Positions 53,501 to 64,000 of a DNA stretch of 64,000 bases are shown here, piece after piece. The notes below the pieces were generated by a model. The model ran no database searches, was not told the DNA's origin, and was given only the letters and a program-made list of their open reading frames with translations. The position numbers and the translations under genes are program-made. Positions within the stretch are counted from its first letter, which is position 1. Each line of letters opens with the position of its first letter. This stretch comes from Tubulanus polymorphus. Taxonomy: Eukaryota; Animalia; Nemertea. The DNA is taken from contig NC_134031.1 of the NCBI RefSeq assembly GCF_964204645.1, positions 4,836,001-4,900,000 of the forward strand, written 5' to 3'.

Positions 53501-56500
53501 CTCATTTGCCATTTGAATGGAAGCATCCTCTTCAAAAATTAGTTGACAAAATTAGCACCATAGTACGCCCTGATTGATTCAATTTTTTTGAAAAGATTGA
53601 AGTAAAGTGGCATGTTCAGATCAGAATTATTAGTGTCAAGTTGTGCTTACTGTGTCAAAACCGTATCGGGATGTATATACATAGCTTTAATAATTTAGAA
53701 ATTTCTGAGGGCTTAAATGAATAGATAGCTATTGGGATGGATACCATGGTATGTAAAATTTGTTAGGACCTTGAGAGTGTGTTCCCACTATGGACACGTG
53801 TTTGAATTTTCAAATTTCAACTGGTATCGCCATTTTGAATTCCATTTGCTTTTGTGCCCATTCAAAAAATCATCAGGTGGACTTGTGCGCGGCAACTGGG
53901 TTAGTGAATGTGCATACATTTCATCTTTTGTCATTTCAAACGAGTTTTGGGACCTCATATTTTCTATATGCGGGCAACATCAATATTAGGAGCGCTAGTG
54001 AGAAAGAATTGTCCCATTTTCAATGAATAATTGGTGCAATTCGAAAGCAATATCTATCACAATATTATTGTCGGGAGTTCCTTGCACAATCGGAGAATGC
54101 GTTATCAGGCAATCAGCTGTATAGAGGGCAGGTCATTAGCATAAACTGATTGGGCTAATCGAAAGCACGGGAGGGAAGTTTGAATACGAACCGCGGTCGT
54201 CAGCAGCGGAATTCCTAACCTATAGCTGGTTATTCATAAAGCGAGGGAAAGTTTCCGGGATTCATAATAAGTGCCACTTATTTGAGATTTGAGAGTCTGA
54301 CCCGTTAATTGTGTGTCAAGCTCAGCAGCTGTTTTGACAAACCGCATAGGAGGTTTAGGAAGTTTAATAGCACATCCGCCTGTCTGATATATATTTGCGA
54401 CTTGAAAAAATGATGAACGCTAGACTAGTACGGGAGCCTAGGTAAGTGACGGGTATTCTAAGATAGATCTGAAATCTTTTTGATTATAGTATTTAATAGT
54501 GGATAATTGATGATGTAAAGTTAGGATTATGTATTATGAAACATTATTAAAGATTAGAGATTACTTATTTACAGGCTTAAGTAATTTTTCAGAGGGATTT
54601 ATCTGAGAGTAGGTTGGAAACTGTAATTCAAACAGTCATATTATGTGATCAATGAAGATTCTATTGTTTATTGTATTAATTAACATTGATTAACAATGAG
54701 CATTATGTCTCTCATGCTGTTTCAATAATCCATATACTCAAGTCTCCCATGAAGTGTATTGTCTTTCTGCATGGCACCTTTATGTTGTTGGGCTGTGGGG
54801 AGACATATTAAAAGGTGATTACTTGCGGGGCACAGGGGGCCATCTGCTTCATAGATCGGTTTATAAACACGACTTGACATGTATGATTATCACTAATGTC
54901 ACCAGTCTCTGAGCAGTTTACATCCGAGAAGGAACTTTTTTCGAAAGATTCAACTTGTTGTTAGATTGCGCAAATTCAAGGACTAATAGGAGCATAGTTT
55001 AATTGTGCGAATGTTTGCCGATTTTATTGGGATACACAAAATAGATCGAGTTTAGGAGCCTCATGAGCCACATACATCAACTGATTCTTGTATGGATTGT
55101 TTGATCAGTTGGACTTCCATTTCAAAAGTCATCAATGTCATGTTTAACTGTAGCCCTTTAGAAACATCTAACAACATTGCTCGGTGAATACATTCGCCTT
55201 ATCGATTCATTTTGGGTCAAGCAATCGAGGTTGGAGTACCTGGAAAATTCGTGAGACTTGAGGAAGGGCAATATATCAGGGACATTGAAATGAAGTGGTA
55301 TGAATTAGGTAGTGATAATTTTGTCTTAGTTGTGGCGAGTCCAAGCGCAATGATACGTAGGGAAAGCAAAGTAAAATTGCCTGATTCTGTCGAAGAAAGG
55401 TTTGTCATCATCTTGTTCATTTCAGGTAAAATTTTAATCATTTTCCATATTTCATGCTATAATTTTATGTTTCCTTATATTCTTCAGGTCGTCTAAACGA
55501 GCCCCGACCCCGAATACCCTAGAATATTTAAGAGGAGCTCAAATGAAGCGACGTCAACCCGTCGACTGTTCCGGTAAAAAGGGACCTCTGAAAGCCGATC
55601 ATAGTTTGAAACCACTCAGCGGACCGAACAGCCAACGGTAAGTTTGTTTTAACCTCCGGCGAATTTCGAATTTGAAATTGAATCGCATTGTAGTTGATGA
55701 TAGATTTGGAATCGACTTCGAGAAATTACGTAATAAAATTTTTACGACTCTGTTTATAGCGACAGAATCTTGAAAAATCCATTAAACTTCATGATTGCGG
55801 GTGTTACATTACGGTTAACAATGCGCACAATTCAAACTGCTTTTAACTTGTTGCAATCGTAGTGCAACGACTGAATTCCTCTATTAATGACACGTGGCTT
55901 GAATGCCGAGATACAATCTACTACAAGCCACATCTGTCTTTATGCTGCCGATTGTTGTTCATTCAAATTAGCAACTTTGAATAAGATATTCCCAAAATCT
56001 ACAACAATCTACTGAATAAGAAGTCCCAAAATCTACAACAAATTTGTAATTTTTCTTACTGAACTTATCTAGCTACTCTGTTGACCAAATAAACAGCTGA
56101 AATATAATTTATGCGTTCTGTTCTCATTCTAATGTTGAACCATAAAAAAATCCACACAAGCGACCTGCCAAATATGACGGGCACTAAGCTTTGCTAGAAG
56201 TGGCATGGTTTAATCAGCTTCTTCCTTCCATAGAATTGATGTATAATCGTATTTTTTGTTTGTATTTTGCAGGCCAGTTTCCGTGGACGCCGAAGTAGCT
56301 AAGTGGAATTCACGCGGCGCTCGTCCGAAATTCTATCCGTCGCTCGACAAAGAAAATCAACCGCAATTACGCTCGAAACGGCGCGACTCTCCGTCCTCGC
56401 AACGCGTCCGATTCCAGGACGATAACTCCGATTCGTCGTGCAGCCAGAGATCGACGCCGGTCAGCTCCGATTCGGAGTCGAGTCGAAAATGTAAAACGCC

Positions 56501-58513
56501 TCGTTGTCTGGACGGCGGTGATAGTCGCGACAGCAAACGTTGTAAGATCGACGATATTCCGACGCAGGCCGAATTCGAGAACGGAATCGTGAAACATCGC
56601 GCGACGCCGGTTCTCGCGTTACCCACGCCGGACGTCGAGAAGAATCAATACGCCGAACAGTTACGACGTCAGTGGACGAAATTCGAGCGACAACAATCCG
56701 TTCAATCTCGACGCGGCAGCGATTGCGGCGCGAACTTCGAGAAGCGTTTAACGGCAGCCGATCGGTCGACGTCGGTTCCGTCCGCTTTGGATCGACGCAT
56801 ATCGTCGTGCGGTTACGTGAATCCGGTCACCGATAAACTGTTGAAAACGAAATTGAAACGCGCTCCGATGCCGCCGCGCGGGCCGATCGTCGCGGATCAT
56901 AGCGTGGCCGTCAAAACGAGTTCCGAATCGGAGAATTATTCAACGGATGAACAGAACAATGAACGATCTAACGTAGACGATGAGAACGCAGATCAGAATG
57001 TATCCGAGCTGATAAGTGATTTCTCCGAGAAGTCTCACACATATTTACCGACAGGCGCGATAGACACTTATGCTTTGACCATGCCCAGTAATACGGCTGA
57101 GGCGCCCGCTAGTGGTAAACAAACCGAAGAAGAAAACACTACCCCAGTAGTCTCGAGTATCTCGCGTGAAAAGTCTGCCAGCGAAGAAAATATAAGCAAC
57201 AAAACAAGTAAGATGAACACTTTTCTTTTGATAACTAAATCATTCTGATCATTATTGAAAGGAAACTCAACATTTGAAACTGTTATTATTACTTCGAAAC
57301 TAATTTCTTTACTCTTTCTTGTATTTCCAGTTTGCAGTCCTCCACGTGTGCGGGCATCGTCCGTTAGTGAAGTGTCAACTCCGCAACAATGCATTATTAA
57401 CAGAGATATCAGCGTGACTGAATTACCTTTCGATTCTCCCGATAGACGCACCTCTGGCTGTTTCAGGTATGTAGTGGAAAACTCGTTTTTAAAGGAATTC
57501 GAAATCATTCATGTCTTGACGGAAATTAGAAAGAAATACTAAAGTAGAATTATTTCATTCACTACTGGTTTTATACGCTACTGTATGATCCGGTAGTTCA
57601 CTTCCTTATTGATCTGTTCATTACCTTACGAGATTTATATTCGGGATGATATTTTAAACCATGAATTTCAATCGTATTTTGCAGCAATTTACAGTCGACG
57701 AAGGGATTAAGCAGTTCTCGCACCTCGATCGGCGAGGCTATGGACAATATCAAATCGTCGGTGAAAAAGAAGTTCACGTCTCTACGCCGCGCGATGAGTG
57801 TCGACAGCATCGACCGTAAGAGCAAACAGAGCATCAAGTTCGAGGCAGATGGAAGCGTCAAGGTGAAAAAGGCGCCGTCCGTCACTTCGTTATTCAAGAA
57901 GAAGCACAAACGTGCCGGATCCGTTGACCCTAAGAGGTAAGCATTACGCCGAGTAACAATTAATTCAGTTCGATTGATTTAACTTGACTGCCTATTTTTT
58001 TGTCGAAAAAAAAAACTAAATATCATGTCGATTTTCTCTTGTAGACTGGAAGCTATGACTCAGGCTGTCTCTCAACAAGGAGCTATACAACACGCCGGAT
58101 CGTACACATCGCTGAGCGATACGTTGTCCTATACTCCCGACGCGAAAACTACCAGCACCACGTCCGTCGATAATCCGCGTCATTTCCGACCGATCGGTAC
58201 GCTGAAAGGACTCAATTCGGACGGCACGCAAATCGTCCAGCTACAGAAACCGCCTCACGGTCCGTTCGGTTTCTACGTGTCGCGCGGCAATGGAAAACTG
58301 AAAACTCACGTGTTCATTTCACGCATGAGCGACGGCTACCCGGAAAAATTCTTCGCCGGCCTACTGAGCATCGGCGACGAAATACTCGAGATCAACGGCA
58401 AACCGGCGAAGAAGATGTCCGTCGACGAAATCTACGACGTCATGGCGACGAACGATACCGTAATGCTGAAAACTCTACCGCTGATGTCTCGAGATTTATA
58501 CACGAAGAAATAA
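47542..58513 (+). CDS. KIAA1614: KIAA1614-like protein: long disordered Ser/Arg-rich scaffold with C-terminal Par6-type PDZ domain (~1120 aa). Exons 47542-47574 (tentative), 49834-51133, 51606-51699, 55488-55637, 56273-57207, 57331-57466, 57685-57936, 58045-58513
   Basis: Seven core exons have canonical GT-AG sites and consistent phases (1,2,2,1,2,2), totalling 3336 nt = 1112 codons including stop. The C-terminal RPIGTL...DGTQIVQLQKPPHGPFGFYVSRGNG...GLLSIGDEILEING and the upstream KKKFTSL..AMSVDSI and KKAPSVTSL blocks match my recollection of the KIAA1614 family. The first coding exon is uncertain. Confidence 0.8.
49834..51133 (+). CDS. KIAA1614: Large 1300-nt exon of the KIAA1614-like gene (low-complexity, disordered)
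   Basis: Core of the 478-aa ORF; acceptor ttgtgtttttcag| and donor AAAG|gtaaga; CpG-rich codons contrast with AT-rich flanks. Confidence 0.85.
54410..54441 (+). CDS. Candidate alternative first coding exon (MMNARLVREP-R) giving a ~657-aa short isoform
   Basis: aaaATG context; consensus donor AG|gtaagt; phase 2 matches the next acceptor at 55488. Confidence 0.6.
56273..57207 (+). CDS. KIAA1614: 935-nt exon of the KIAA1614-like gene
   Basis: Core of the 330-aa ORF; acceptor tattttgcag| and donor ACAA|gtaaga. Confidence 0.88.
58045..58513 (+). CDS. KIAA1614: Terminal exon encoding the Par6-like PDZ domain
   Basis: PFGF carboxylate-binding loop, VFISRM, GLLSIGDEILEING; acceptor ttttctcttgtag|; stop TAA. 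Confidence 0.93.
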
Positions 58514-59111
58514 CTTTTATCGTGACTGAGAATATACGGGAATCTCATTGGTGCTTCAAATGACAGTTCGAAGAGTTTGAAACTCTTCTTCTCTGTATTT
58601 TATTTCTTTGTATGTATTTTAAACATTTATTGCGTCACAAAAGCCGAAAAAAACTTTCGATTACGAGGTATTCTGGCATAATTCGAATTGCTGGTTACGT
58701 GTGAATGTTGGGTTTGTGAATGTTGTTCGTTATGAATGAGTTTATAAGACTGTACTCTGTGCTATTCGATATAAATAGTCTTTCGTGTGAATGAAGATTA
58801 ACCTGTACATATTGTAAATAGCAAGAATTTATCAGTATTCGCAGATAACGACTTCCAAAATCAAACGATTTGCATTTTAGCGGCTATAACGGCAAAAATT
58901 CAGTTTTTGAAAATAGTCACGCTAAATCATTATAACTAGAACGTTTCTTGTAAAGTTAATAGTTAACAAAGTTAATATTTTAGTGTAAATAGTGTAAATA
59001 GGTTATAGTGTACAGCTGTAAAACTTCAGGTGTGTGAAAAAACGATATTATTAATTTATTGTAGTGTAAATTAACAATGTTTGAAATTTAGTGAGAAATA
59101 TTTGACAAAAT

Positions 59112-59603
59112 TGTAGCAATAACCAGCATTTTCGATTATCTCCTTATGGCTTTCAATTGTTTTGCATCGTTGATGAGAATAGTAATACCGGTATTTTTTT
59201 TTAGTATGAAAATTTTTGTTGAATGTTCGGAAAATAACTTATTAATTTTTCGTTTCAAATTCTCATCTTTTCTGAATAATCAATCATAAGGAGATATAAT
59301 AGGTTTTCAATAATTCAGTTCATCGAGTTAAAGTTAATAGCAATTCATTTTCTGTTCCAAAAATATGTAGAAATAACCAGCATTTTCGATTATCTCCTTA
59401 TGGCTTTCAATTATTTTACATCTTCGATGAGAATAGTAATACCAGTATTTTATTTGTTTAGTATGAAAATTTTTAAAGAATTTTCCTAAAAATAACTTAT
59501 TAATTTTTCGCTTCAAATTCTCATCTTTTCTGAATAATCAATCATCAGGAGATATTTATTTCAATTTTAAAAAAGTTTTCAATAATTTAGTTCATTGAGT
59601 TAA
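59112..59603. repeat. Two-copy tandem duplication, period 254 bp
   Basis: aataaccagcattttcgattatctccttatggctttcaatt at 59118 and 59372; colinear for ~230 bp. Confidence 0.9.
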
Positions 59604-60475
59604 GAGCTTAATTTCCTAATTTAATAATACTAGAACCACTAAATTGTTATGCAATTAAAAGAATAGCCCCAATGGGTTCTTCGTTTACCAGACTACTCAT
59701 TAATATAAGTTTATGAAAATATATATATATATATATATGCAATAAAATAATTGAAATCATCATATATCGAAATCTTGTCAAATTCCTAGTATATCTAAAG
59801 GTCTGTGCAGTCAGGACTTGACAGATGTCAAAATGCTGAATAGGGCTGGCCAAGGTTTGCACGCGATTTGGATGCTGAGACGATCAACAGGGGTGTCCTA
59901 GGTTCGAATCTAATAGATTACAAGAAGGCAACGATTTTAATGAACAGGGTGTCTCCGGTTCGAATCCAGTGCTGAATTTGCAGTGGTCCATCTCTGAGGA
60001 ATTGATTAAAATGGGTTGTTAACAACAAACTATTGAAATACCATATGACTATATATTTTCCATTCGGATACATACATACAAAAATCAATCACAGAATTTA
60101 AAGAGACAATTAACTTCATAAATGAAAAATCACAGATTAATTTCAACAGTTAAACAAATTAAAGGATATTCTGGCTTAACATCTTTACCACTATTACAGG
60201 TAATGAACTTATCTGTTTAAGTGTATGGCCTCAGCATAGATGTTATAGAAATGCGTACATGTATAAACTTATAAAAACATGCAGTTCGGAAATATATATT
60301 TTACCATAGAAATGATATACACGGGCTATTATTCCACCAAACTTATCGCATGCTTTATCTATACATATATACAATTGCACCATTGAATACAATCCATCCA
60401 TTTTGCAATACTGGACCACATCAGCACTTCAAAGACCATTCTCAGTTTCTGAGAGAAATGTTATCAGCCCAACAT

Positions 60476-63400
60476 TCAAATCTCTTTAGGTTTTAGGCTA
60501 CTGTAGCCAGTATTGCTTAATTTTTGAGTCCGCTCGGCTTCCCGTTCGGGAAAAAAGTCTATAAATGCTCTTTGTATCGCTGAAAATATGAAATATCCAA
60601 TCGCGGACCCTGGAAAAATAAAAATACGCATTGTCAGAAGTAATTGCAATGAACAATTTCAGTGATGACTACATATCCAGCGGGTGCTGGAGACCTAGTT
60701 GATTATATCACTCGCGAGCATCTAAACTGAACACCATGCATTCAAATACCAGCGGTATTGATAATTGCTCTAACACGTGGTATATATACGGCACTAGCCG
60801 GTTATTAATGAAACGAGCCAGCCACAATTAAAACTAAGACTACAATTACACAGCTGTCGCCAACTGTAAACTGATGAAGATTGCAAATATTTAATCGTGT
60901 GGTGCAGGGTGGTCATATATATATTCCTCGTGTCAACTGACGATAAAGAAAGATTTCACCGGTTCGTATTCGGCTTACCTAGTACAATGCTGATAGCTAT
61001 AGCCGCGTTATATGACATTATAGCCAACATAGCTAGGTATCCCATCAACAGCGTCAATACATTCACTAATGTTACAGCAATATGATAGTAAATCCTGGAA
61101 AAATACCAAAAAAATAGCTCTCAAGAAATGTATGCTGGTTTCAAAATACTAATAATAAACACTAGCAATATTGCTAACAAAGACAATAACATTTAGGTAT
61201 TATTAATCTACTTGAAAAAACGTTTTTGACCGTAAACAGCACTTTTGAGTTAATGAATGTAAGGCCAGCGATTTGTCTATAAAAAGAAAAACAATTCTTA
61301 CTTTCTGCGTTTAATATGATCGACGCTGGGTGGAATGATGAGAGGACGGAGTAGTTGAGAACGTTCGTTCACATTGTGTTCTGTTTTAGCGTATGTCAAC
61401 GGGTTCAGGTCGGCTCTCATCTGCAGAAACGCCCGAAAAACTTTCAAAGCTTCCATCACAATTGCCAACGTAAAAAACACGGCGCACATCTTCATCAGAT
61501 CTGTACGAATTGTGAATACCGGCATGAATGAATGGAATGAAATTTTCAACTGGATTGTTGATTTATGAAGATCAAGCCAGGGCCAAGATCTTTAGTTTTA
61601 AAATGATCCAAAGGTCATCTTGCAGGGACGGGTGCAAGCTATAAACCACTGTATTCCAGAATATAGTCAGAAAAATGTGACTAACATATTTTCTTGAAGT
61701 TACCTATAATCTTACAGATCTAAAATGCCGTAGATACAAGGAAAATGAGTTGCCTTTCAAAACTTGCTTTTGATGAGCTTCACCTTCAGCAGATCGTAAA
61801 GCAATAATTTCAAAAATATAGTCAAATCCTCCCACTGGCTCCGCCCCTGCTGGTTTTCTACCCTATTTCAACAACAGAAAACTAATCTCACGAGATATTA
61901 AGAGGGTATCGATATAAGACACTCTTGGTCACAGGTCTCGTTACCAGTAAATAACTGGCTTCATAGACCATTCTTTCAAAAGTTGTAAATCCAGAAATAA
62001 CAAGCATCACATATTTCTTACCTCCAGTCGATGATGAATTCCATCCTTCAAATAAGAGATTGGTGACATTATCACCGATGTAGAAAGTCATCTGAAATTA
62101 CAAAAACGTGCGTAACAAATTGCTGAAAAATTAGATCCGTTCGGGTAGAGAAACAACCATCCAAAAAGATATGTGACCTAACCTCGGCTTGAATTCAGCC
62201 AGCTGCACTGAAGCCTGAATGAACTAGAACTAATATATGAGCTCAAGCCGGTACCTAGTAATGATAGTCACGCGAACAGCTGTTTAGATGTTTCACATAT
62301 CGACACACTTAAGGTTAAGCTTTCACATTACGATAGCTCTGTCGAAAACAATTTTATTCATTTATTCAATTTATACTCAAACCCTTTGCAAATACTTTCA
62401 TGTAGGCATCAGAGGGACAACAAAGAATAACACAAAAATAGACCTGTTTAGACATGGACGTATAAACTAGATAATCATTATAGATCTAGGTCCAGTTCCA
62501 CAGTTCTGAGTTAAGATTTGACCCTGGGTTAAAACACTGAAAATGAACTAACTTTAACTCAGAGTTAACTCTAACTCACAACTGTGGAACTGGGTCCTAG
62601 TTTATAAGTCCATGGTTTAAATAAATCAAGACCGAAGTTGGTAATGAGGGATATAGGCTATTCAGGCATACAAATAAACAATCCTGATCAGTTAAAATCC
62701 AGATTATGATCTAATCCAGATTATATTGACTGTCCATCATATAGATAAATGTATGTAAAATATGATATCTAAAAAAATAATCCAGATTTCTCATGAAACT
62801 AATTTATTCTATCGGCCCCCAAAGTATCCGAATTACACAGGTTATAATGTACACATACTATGGAAAAATACTAATGAATAGTGCACCAGAAATATTGTGA
62901 CTCTCCATCATACGACAAAGTGATCCAATGAAAATTCTACATTTAACAAAACACAACCAGTCCTAATTGAACAAGTCCCACAAGAAGTCATTCGACTACC
63001 AACCAGTCCTCTCTAGGTAGGCCTACATATGCTGAGGTACATACGCCAATCTAGAGCTCACTTTCAAATCCCCTTCCCATTATTGTAGTATTATCATGAA
63101 GGTCTGCAATTAATTTAATACCTAATTGTTGGTGCTAAGCTTTTGTAATCGGATGGGCTTATATCAATGTGGATTAATATATTATCATACCAACGATTAG
63201 GTAACTAATAGTCTAGTACCTAGCCGTTGTTCCCAAACAACCGTTGTAGGGAACCCGTCACAACGACTGGTATTCAGACTAGGTAACTATATACTCTTAC
63301 CTCTTACAGGCCTAACTAAATTCTATTGTACAGTGACTCGGTGTACTTCTTGCTTACCTACAACTTCAGTGCAGCGGATTTTGGTCTAATCCGGACAATA

Positions 63401-63649
63401 TTTGCAGTCCATTTGTTCATTGATACACAAGAAAATTACTTTTGATCAGGATTTCCTGTAAACCAGATGAATTTTGTAGGTCTCAAATCATCCGAATTTT
63501 AACATAGGGCCTAATAAGCCAACAAGCAAGGATTCTACTGTGTGGGGGGTAGTCTAGTACCGTCGTTATTCAGACCTTGGAGTTGCGGGGATGTTCCCCG
63601 TGTGACCAGGTGACTGTGTATCAATTTCAAATTCACTTACATGCATCAT
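60476..63649 (-). CDS. SLC31A2: Ctr-family copper transporter, CTR2/SLC31A2-like, 175 aa (exons 63649-63641, 62091-62022, 61500-61302, 61094-60979, 60609-60476)
   Basis: MMH|MTFYIGDNVTNLLFEGW N-terminus; TM1 CAVFFTLAIVMEALK; TM2 GYLAMLAIMSYN with MxxxM; TM3 GSAIG (GxxxG). All introns are GT-AG with phases 0,1,2,1. The short ectodomain and lack of a C-terminal HCH favour CTR2 over CTR1. Confidence 0.9.
62489..62597. mobile_element. ~110-bp MITE family C, in intron 1 of the copper transporter
   Basis: TIR ggtccagttccacagtt...aactgtggaactgggtcc, with CTAG overlapping both ends. Confidence 0.85.
63209..63281. mobile_element. 73-bp mini-TIR element with target-site duplication
   Basis: TAG...CTA ends; imperfect 21-bp TIR (tagtctagtacctagccgttg / caacgactggtattcagacta); GGTAACTA direct repeat at 63200 and 63282. 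Confidence 0.6.
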
Positions 63650-63804
63650 TCTGGCATCTCAACATCAACATCCACGTTATCTATTTTCAATTGATTCACC
63701 GAGCCACCCTTCCTTTCACCACTTGCATGAATCAAACGTATACCCGATGATATTAAAGCAAGAAAACAGAGAAAAAATTTCTAAAATGTTCTAGATCTTT
63801 GACA

Positions 63805-63830
63805 TCCGCCATTTTGCAGGGTCACATGAC
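63805..63830 (-). promoter_or_regulatory. YY1-type motif and M-box/CLEAR-like E-box upstream of the copper transporter
   Basis: The minus strand reads GTCATGTGAC (63821-63830) then CAAAATGGCGG (63806-63816), about 160-180 bp upstream of the ATG. Confidence 0.55.
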
Positions 63831-64000
63831 TCGCACTGGGAAATAGTGCTGCCACATGAGTGTAGCGAATACAGCCAGAACTAAGGCAACGTTTCATACG
63901 TCACGGTTATCTCTGCATACTAGCCTCCACTTCAACGGGTTCTAGGGTTATTTAGAGTGATTATCCTTGAAACTGGTTTTTTTTTCTGATACTGTGGAAA

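Noticed and set aside
55212-55496. 94-aa ORF just before the 55488 exon
   Set aside because: It runs through the polypyrimidine tract, and the gene model is complete and in phase without it.
58045-58513. Calling the PDZ gene par-6
   Set aside because: No PB1 domain, a much longer disordered N-terminus, and flanking motifs that fit KIAA1614 better.
60476-63649. Calling the transporter CTR1/SLC31A1
   Set aside because: It lacks the long His/Met-rich ectodomain (in-frame TGA four codons upstream of the ATG) and the C-terminal HCH.

Overview
This is AT-rich, intron-containing eukaryotic DNA from a bilaterian invertebrate (lophotrochozoan-like, by inference), so most of the ORF track is noise. 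I rebuilt four spliced genes by hand from GT-AG sites, each with consistent codon phases. (1) A 166-aa basic protein with an internal 22-aa repeat (+, 8647-9592). (2) A 214-aa secreted protein not recoverable from the ORF track: signal peptide, a Pro/Arg/Phe-rich exon and one divergent CUB-like domain (-, 9668-11727). It converges on gene 1, with only 75 bp between stop codons. (3) A ~1120-aa KIAA1614-like disordered scaffold ending in a Par6-type semi-CRIB/PDZ module (+, core exons 49834-58513). It has several candidate alternative first exons spread over ~42 kb. (4) A 175-aa CTR2/SLC31A2-like copper transporter (-, 60476-63649), with lysosomal sorting motifs and an M-box/CLEAR-like promoter element. 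Non-coding DNA holds several MITE families, faint transposon remnants, a Penelope-type minimal hammerhead ribozyme abutted by a MITE (27064-27104), a 30-bp perfect hairpin and a 254-bp tandem duplication. I found no rRNA, intact tRNA, CRISPR array or prokaryotic operon. Family assignments come from remembered motifs, not database searches.
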